This document shows positions 56,937-64,000 of a stretch of DNA of 64,000 nt, piece after piece. The position numbers and the translations under genes were made by a program. The notes beneath the pieces were generated by a model that was given only the letters and a program-made list of their open reading frames with translations, searched no databases and was not told where the DNA came from. Source of the DNA: Eledone cirrhosa (lineage: Eukaryota); contig CAXHJY010001338.1 of NCBI GenBank assembly GCA_964016885.1, positions 1 to 64,000 on the forward strand, read 5' to 3'. Position 1 is the first letter of the stretch; every line of letters starts with the position of its first letter.

Positions 56937-58303
56937 CCACCGCCACCAACACCACCGCCATCACTACCACACCGCCACCACCACCATTGCCACCACCACC
57001 GCCACCACCACTAACCACACCACTAACCACCACCACCAACCACCACCACAACACCACCACCAACCACCACCAGCAACCACCACCACACCACCACTAACCA
57101 TCACCACACCACCACCACCACCAACCACAACACCACCACCAACCACCACCACCACACCAACCACCACTACCACACCACCACCAACCACCACCACCACCAC
57201 AACACCACCACACCACCACCACCACAACACCACCACACCACCACTACCACACCACCACCTCCACCAACCACCACAACACCACCACTAACCACCACCACTA
57301 CCACCAACCACCACCACCACCACCACAACCACCACCACCACCACCACACCACCACCACAACACACTAACCACCACCACCACCACAACACCACCACACCAC
57401 CACAACACCACCACACCACCACTACCACACCACCACCACCAACCACCACTACCACACCACCACCACAACACCACCGCCACCACACCACCAACCACCACCA
57501 CACCACCACCACCACCACCACCAACCACCACCACACCACCACCAACCACCACTACCACACCACCACCACCACCACCACAACACCACCACTAACCACCACC
57601 ACCACCACCACCACCACCACCACCACCACCACCACCACCACGACACCACCACGACACCAACCACCACCAACCACCACCAACAGCAACAACACCACCACCA
57701 ACCACCACCACCACACCAACCACCAACACCACCACCACACCACCACCTCCACCAACCACCACAACACCACCACTAACCACCACCACACCACCACCACACC
57801 ACCACTACCACCAACCACCACAACACCACCACTAACCACCACCACTACCACCACCACAACACCACCACCACACCACCACCACCAACCACCACCAACACAC
57901 CACCACACCACCACTACCACACCACCACCAACCACCACCACAACACCACCACCAACCACCACCAACACACCACCACACCACCACTACCACACCACCACCA
58001 ACCACCACCACAACACCACCACTAACCACCACCACCAACCACCACTAACCACCATCACCACCACACCACCACTACCACCAACCACCACAACACCACCACC
58101 ACCACACCACCACCACCAACCACCACCAACCACCACCACACCACCACTACCACCAACCACCACAACACCACCACTAACCACCACCACACCACCACACCAC
58201 CACCACAACACCACCACACCACCACCACCACAACACCACCACCACAACACCACCACACCACCACCACAACAACACCACACCACCACCACCACAACACCAC
58301 CAC
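56937..58303. repeat. (CCA)n-derived repeat
   Basis: Direct reading. Confidence 0.93.
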
Positions 58304-58599
58304 TGACCGCTGGCCCAAGTGCAGGATTAAAAAGCAATTTTGTTCGCCGACTCTAATGTCCTTCAGATAAGTATGATGGGATAAAGTGACGGCGGCGGCG
58401 GCGTTGTTTAAGAGAGGGGGAGGGGAAGTAGAGGAGGAGTAGAGGAGGGGGGGGAGTGTTAAGAAGAGTGGCGGCAGGCGGAGGGGGAGGGAGGGGTGGG
58501 CGGCGGAGATAATCCGTGACATGTGTTGTAGTGGGAGTTTGGTGTTGATGGTGGTGGTGGTGGTGTGTCGGTTGTTGAGATGTGTGGCGTTGTGCTGGA

Positions 58600-59695
58600 G
58601 TGTGAGTGCGGGTGTGTGTGTACATGTGTGTGTGTGAGTCTGTGTGTGTACATGTGTGTGTGAGTGCGGGTGTGTACATGTGAGTCTGTGTGTGTGCGGG
58701 TGTGAGTGCGGGTGTGTGTGTACATGTGTGTACATGTGTGTGTGTGTGTGTGTGTGTGTACATGTGTGTGTGTGTGTACATGTGTGTGTGTGTGTACATG
58801 TGTGTGTGTGTACATGTGTGTGTGAGTGTGTGCGTGTGTACATGTGTGTGTGTGTACATGTACAGATGTGTGTGTGTGTGTGTACATGTATGTACATGTG
58901 TGTGTGTGTGTCTGTGTGTGTGTGTGTACATGTGTGTGCGTGTGTGTCTGTGTGTGTCTGTGTGTGTGTGTACATGCGCGTAGATGTCTGTGTGTGTGTG
59001 TGTGTGTACATGCGTGTACATGTGTGTGTGTCTGTGCGTGTGTACATATGTGTACATGTGTGTGTGTGTGTCTGTGTGTGTGTACATGTGTATACATGTG
59101 TGTGTGTACATGTGTATACATGTGTGTGTATACATGTGTGTGTGATGAGTGTGTGTGTACATGTGTGTACATGTGTGTGTATGTGAGTGTAAGTATATTT
59201 GTGTGTGAGAATGTGTTCTTGTCCGTTTGTGTGTGTATTTGTGTGTGTGTGTGTGTGTGTGTTTGTGTGTTAGTGTCTTTGTATATGTGAGTGTGAGAAT
59301 GTGTGTGTGTGTGTATGTATGTGTGTGTGTGTGTGTGTGTGTTAGTGTCTTTGTATATGTGAGTGTGTGAGAATGTGTGTCTGTGTTTGTGTATGTATGT
59401 GTGTGTGTGTTAGTGTCTTTGTATATGTGAGTGTGTATGTGTGTCTGTATTTATGTATGTATGTGTGTGTGTGTGTTAGTGTCTTTGTATATCTTTCTAT
59501 GTGAGTGTGTCAGAATGTGTGTGTATGTGTGTGTGAGTGTGTGTGTGTGAGAGTGTATGTGTGCGTGTGTGTTTGTCTCTGAGCGTGTGTGGTGTCTGTG
59601 TGTGTAAATGTGTTTCTGTGTAAACGTTTGTGTATGAGTGTGTTTGTATGTGTGTCTGTGTGTGTGAGTGTGTGAGTGTGTGTGTGTATGTGTCT
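58600..59695. repeat. (TG)n repeat with TGTACA interruptions
   Basis: Direct reading. Confidence 0.93.
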
Positions 59696-59699
59696 GGTG

Positions 59700-62600
59700 T
59701 TAGTTGTAGTGGTGGTGGTGTTGGTGATAGTAGCTGTGGTAGTGGTGGTGGTGTTGGTGACAGTAGCTGTGGTAGTGGTGGTGGTGGTGTTGGTGACAGT
59801 AGCTGTGGTAGTGGTGGTGGTGTTGGTGACAGTAGCTGTGGTAGTGGTGGTGGTGTTGGTGACAGTAGCTGTGGTAGTGGTGGTGGTGGTGGTGACAGTA
59901 GCTGTGGTAATGGTGGTGGTGACAGTAGCTGTGGTAGTGGTGGTGGTGTTGGTGACAGTAGCTGTGGTAGTGGTGGTGGTGTTGGTGACAGTAGCTGTAG
60001 TAGTGGTGGTGGTGTTGGTGACAGTAGCTGTGGTAGTGGTGGTGGTGTTGGTGACAGTAGCTGTGGTAGTGGTGGTGGTGTTGGTGACAGTAGCTGTGGT
60101 AGTGGTGGTGGTGTTGGTGACAGTAGCTGTGGTAGTGGTGGTGGTGTTGGTGACAGTAGCTGTGGTAGTGGTGGTGGTGTTGGTGATAGTAGCTGTGGTA
60201 GTGGTGGTGGTGGTGTTGGTGATAGTAGCTGTGGTAGTGGTGGTGGTGTTGGTGACAGTAGCTGTGGTAGTGGTGGCGGTGTTGGTGACAGTAGCTGTGG
60301 TAGTGGTGGTGGTGTTGGTGATAGTAGCTGTGGTAGTGGTGGCGGTGTTGGTGACAGTAGCTGTGGTAGTGGTGGTGGTGTTGGTGACAGTAGCTGTGGT
60401 AGTGGTGGTGGTGGTGTTGGTGATAGTAGCTGTGGTAGTGGTGGTGGTGTTGGTGACAGTAGATGTGGTAGTGGTGGTGGTGTTGGTGACAGTAGCTGTG
60501 GTAGTAGTGGTGGTGTTGGTGACAGTAGCTGTGGTAGTGGTGGTGGTGGTGGTGACAGTAGCTGTGGTAGTGGTGGTGGTGTTGGTGACAGTAGCTGTGG
60601 TAGTGGTGGTGGTGTTGGTGACAGTAGCTGTGGTAGTGGTGGTGGTGTTGGTGACAGTAGCTGTGGTAGTAGTGGTGGTGGTGTTGGTGACAGTAGCTGT
60701 GGTAGTGGTGGTGGTGTTGGTGACAGTAGCTGTGGTAGTGGTGGTGGTGTTGGTGACAGTAGCTGTGGTAGTAGTGGTGGTGGTGTTGGTGACAGTAGCT
60801 GTGGTAGTGGTGGTGGTGTTGGTGACAGTAGCTGTGGTAGTGGTGGTGGTGTTGGTGACAGTAGCTGTGGTAGTAGTGGTGGTGGTGTTGGTGACAGTAG
60901 CTGTGGTAGTAGTGGTGGTGGTGTTGGTGACAGTAGCTGTGGTAGTGGTGGTGGTGGTGTTGGTGACAGTAGCTGTGGTAGTGGTGGTGGTGGTGTTGGT
61001 GACAGTAGCTGTGGTAGTGGTGGTGGTGGTGTTGGTGACAGTAGTTGTGGTAGTGGTGGTGGTGGTGTTGGTGACAGTAGTTGTGGTAGTGGTGGTGGTG
61101 TTGGTGACAGTAGCTGTGGTGGTGGTGGTGGTGTTGGTGACAGTAGTTGTGGTAGTGGTGGTGGTGTTGGTGACAGTAGTTGTGGTAGTAGTGGTGGTGT
61201 TGGTGACAGTAGCTGTGGTAGTGGTGGTGGTGTTGGTGATAGTAGCTGTGGTAGTGGTGGTGGTGTTGGTGACAGTAGCTGTGGTAGTGGTGGTGGTGGT
61301 GGTGGTGACAGTAGCTGTGGTAGTGGTGGTGGTGGTGGTGACAGTAGCTGTTGTAGTGGTGGTGGTGTTGGTGACAGTAGCTGTGGTAGTGGTGGTGGTG
61401 TTGGTGACAGTAGCTGTGGTAGTGGTGGTGGTGGTGGTGACAGTAGCTGTTGTAGTGGTGGTGGTGTTGGTGATAGTAGCTGTGGTAGTTGTGGTGGTGT
61501 TGGTGATAGTAGCTGTGGTAGTGGTGGTGGTGTTGGTGACAGTAGCTGTGGTAGTGGTGGTGGTGTTGGTGACAGTAGCTGTGGTAGTTGTGGTGGTGGT
61601 GTTGGTGACAGTAGCTGTGGTAGTGGTGGTGGTGTTGGTGGCAGTAGCTGTGGTAGTGGTGGTGGTGTTGGTGGTAGTAGTGGTGGTGGTGGTGACAGTA
61701 GCTGTGGTAGTGGTGGTGGTGTTGGTGACAGTAGCTGTGGTGGTGGTGGTGGTGACAGTAGCTGTGGTAGTAGTGGTGGGGTTGGTGACAGTAGCTGTGG
61801 TAGTGGTGGTGGTGTTGGTGACAGTAGCTGTGGTAGTGGTGGTGGTGTTGGTGACAGTAGCTGTGGTAGTGGTGGTGGTGTTGGTGACAGTAGCTGTGGT
61901 AGTGGTGGTGGTGTTGGTGACAGTAGTTGTGGTAGTGGTGGTGGTGTTGGTGACAGTAGTTGTGGTAGTAGTGGTGGTGTTGGTGACAGTAGCTGTGGTA
62001 GTGGTGATGGTGTTGGTGATAGTAGCTGTGGTAGTGGTGGTGGTGTTGGTGACAGTAGCTGTGGTAGTGGTGGTGGTGGTGACAGTAGCTGTGGTAGTGG
62101 TGGTGGTGTTGGTGACAGTAGCTGTGGTAGTGGTGGTGGTGTTGGTGACAGTAGCTGTGGTAGTGGTGGTGGTGTTGGTGACAGTAGCTGTGGTAGTGGT
62201 GGTGGTGGTGGTGATAGTAGCTGTGGTAGTGGTGGTGGTGTTGGTGACAGTAGCTGTGGTAGTGGTGGTGGTGTTGGTGACAGTAGCTGTGGTAGTTGTG
62301 GTGGTGGTGTTGGTGACAGTAGCTGTGGTTGTGGTGGTGGTGTTGGTGGCAGTAGCTGTGGTAGTAGTGGTGGTGTTGGTGACAGTAGCTGTGGTAGTGG
62401 TGGTGGTGTTGGTGGTAGTAGTGGTGGTGGTGGTGACAGTAGCTGTGGTAGTAGTGGTGGTGTTGGTGACAGTAGCTGTGGTAGTGGTGGTGGTGTTGGT
62501 GACAGTAGCTGTGGTAGTGGTGGTGGTGGTGGTGACAGTAGCTGTGGTAGTAGTGGTGGGGTTGGTGACAGTAGCTGTGGTAGTGGTGGTGGTGTTGGTG

Positions 62601-62910
62601 ACAGTAGCTGTGGTAGTGGTGGTGGTGTTGGTGACAGTAGCTGTGGTAGTGGTGGTGGTGTTGGTGACAGTAGCTGTGGTAGTGGTGGTGGTGTTGGTGA
62701 CAGTAGCTGTGGTAGTGGTGGTGGTGCTGGTGACAGTAGCTGTGGTAGTGGTGGTGGTGGTGTTGGTGACAGTAGCTGTGGTAGTAGTGGTGGTGGTGTT
62801 GGTGACAGTAGCTGTGGTAGTGGTGGTGGTGGTGTTGGTGACAGTAGCTGTGGTAGTGTTGGTGGTGTTGGTGACAGTAGCTGTGGTAGTGGTGGTAGTG
62901 GTGGTGGTTG
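59700..62910. repeat. 33-bp minisatellite (ggtgacagtagctgtggtagtggtggtggtgtt), about 95 copies
   Basis: Direct reading; yields four overlapping ORFs longer than 1000 aa on both strands. Confidence 0.96.
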
Positions 62911-63050
62911 CAGCTGTTGCTAGTGGTGATATTAGATGGCATCGTTGGTGATATGAACATTCATGAAACTTGATTACGTCACACACGCACACACACACAT
63001 ACACACACACACACACACAGAGACACAGACACACACACACACACACACAC

Positions 63051-63200
63051 AGCTAAATCCGAACAGTTCGGATCTAGCCTGAAAGGGCAGGAGCTCAGCC
63101 GTCGGGGTCCTGACTCTTTCCACATCACCCACTCTACTAGCACATGTATTGAGTACTCTGGGGGTAAGGGTCTAACAGGTTTTTACTACATCCATTCTGA
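63051..63200 (+). mobile_element. Diverged relative of the 3533/31099 family with 3' portion of a hammerhead
   Basis: Shares gagctcagccgtcggggtcct, acccactctacta and gtattgagtac; hairpin atccgaa(cag)ttcggat before GAAA. Confidence 0.65.
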
Positions 63201-63307
63201 TATATACAGAGAGATGTCAACATAAATGGACCTGTTACTTATATCTAAAGACATTTCTTCCAATTCTACCCCGCGCCTCCCCTCAATCTATCTTATTTCT
63301 CATTCTT

Positions 63308-63343
63308 TCTTCTGATGAAGGACTAGCGTCCGAAATGTTAAGA
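63308..63343 (+). ncRNA. Minimal type I hammerhead ribozyme
   Basis: tctt-CTGATGA-a-ggac(tagc)gtcc-GAAA-t-GTT-aaga; stem III probably derived from palindromic AACGTT. Confidence 0.7.
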
Positions 63344-63432
63344 CCCCCTTCATGCTATTTCAAGAGTTAACCTAATATATCCCTTCAATTATACTGTACT
63401 GCTTGTGTTGTTATTTCTGTTTACATTTTATA

Positions 63433-63963
<531 letters not shown>

Positions 63964-64000
63964 TTAGCTTCTTGCTAAAACAATCTCTATACCTCTCATT

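Noticed and set aside
59510-63046. 1178-aa Thr-rich mucin-like ORF and three overlapping 1000-aa ORFs
   Set aside because: 33-bp minisatellite open in four frames; ends run into CA/TG microsatellites; no signal peptide or domain, although an exonic role cannot be excluded without RNA data

Overview
Eukaryotic, extremely repeat-rich window. It is most likely from an octopus or other coleoid cephalopod, inferred from (TA)n/(CA)n/(GGT)n microsatellite saturation, RTE LINEs with (GAT)n tails and CORE- and Nin-domain tRNA SINEs. Nearly all ORFs in the supplied track are translations of simple repeats. The only clearly protein-like sequences are two 5'-truncated RTE-clade reverse transcriptase copies (31747-33868 decayed; 44097-45618 with an uninterrupted frame), both carrying a C4HC3 PHD-type finger inserted inside the RT domain. 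Large tandem arrays are a 57-bp minisatellite, a 65-bp satellite with a 38-mer (2468-bp) higher-order period, a 241-bp repeat and a 33-bp minisatellite. The main signal not explained by the ORF track: many short unique islands between (TA)n tracts contain type I hammerhead ribozyme folds (about a dozen complete or degenerate copies plus several 3' halves, from multiple unrelated sequence families). Several sit in long fold-back inverted repeats with one ribozyme per strand, resembling ORF-less Penelope-like-element pLTR remnants. A few non-repetitive islands may be small exons of an unidentified host gene.
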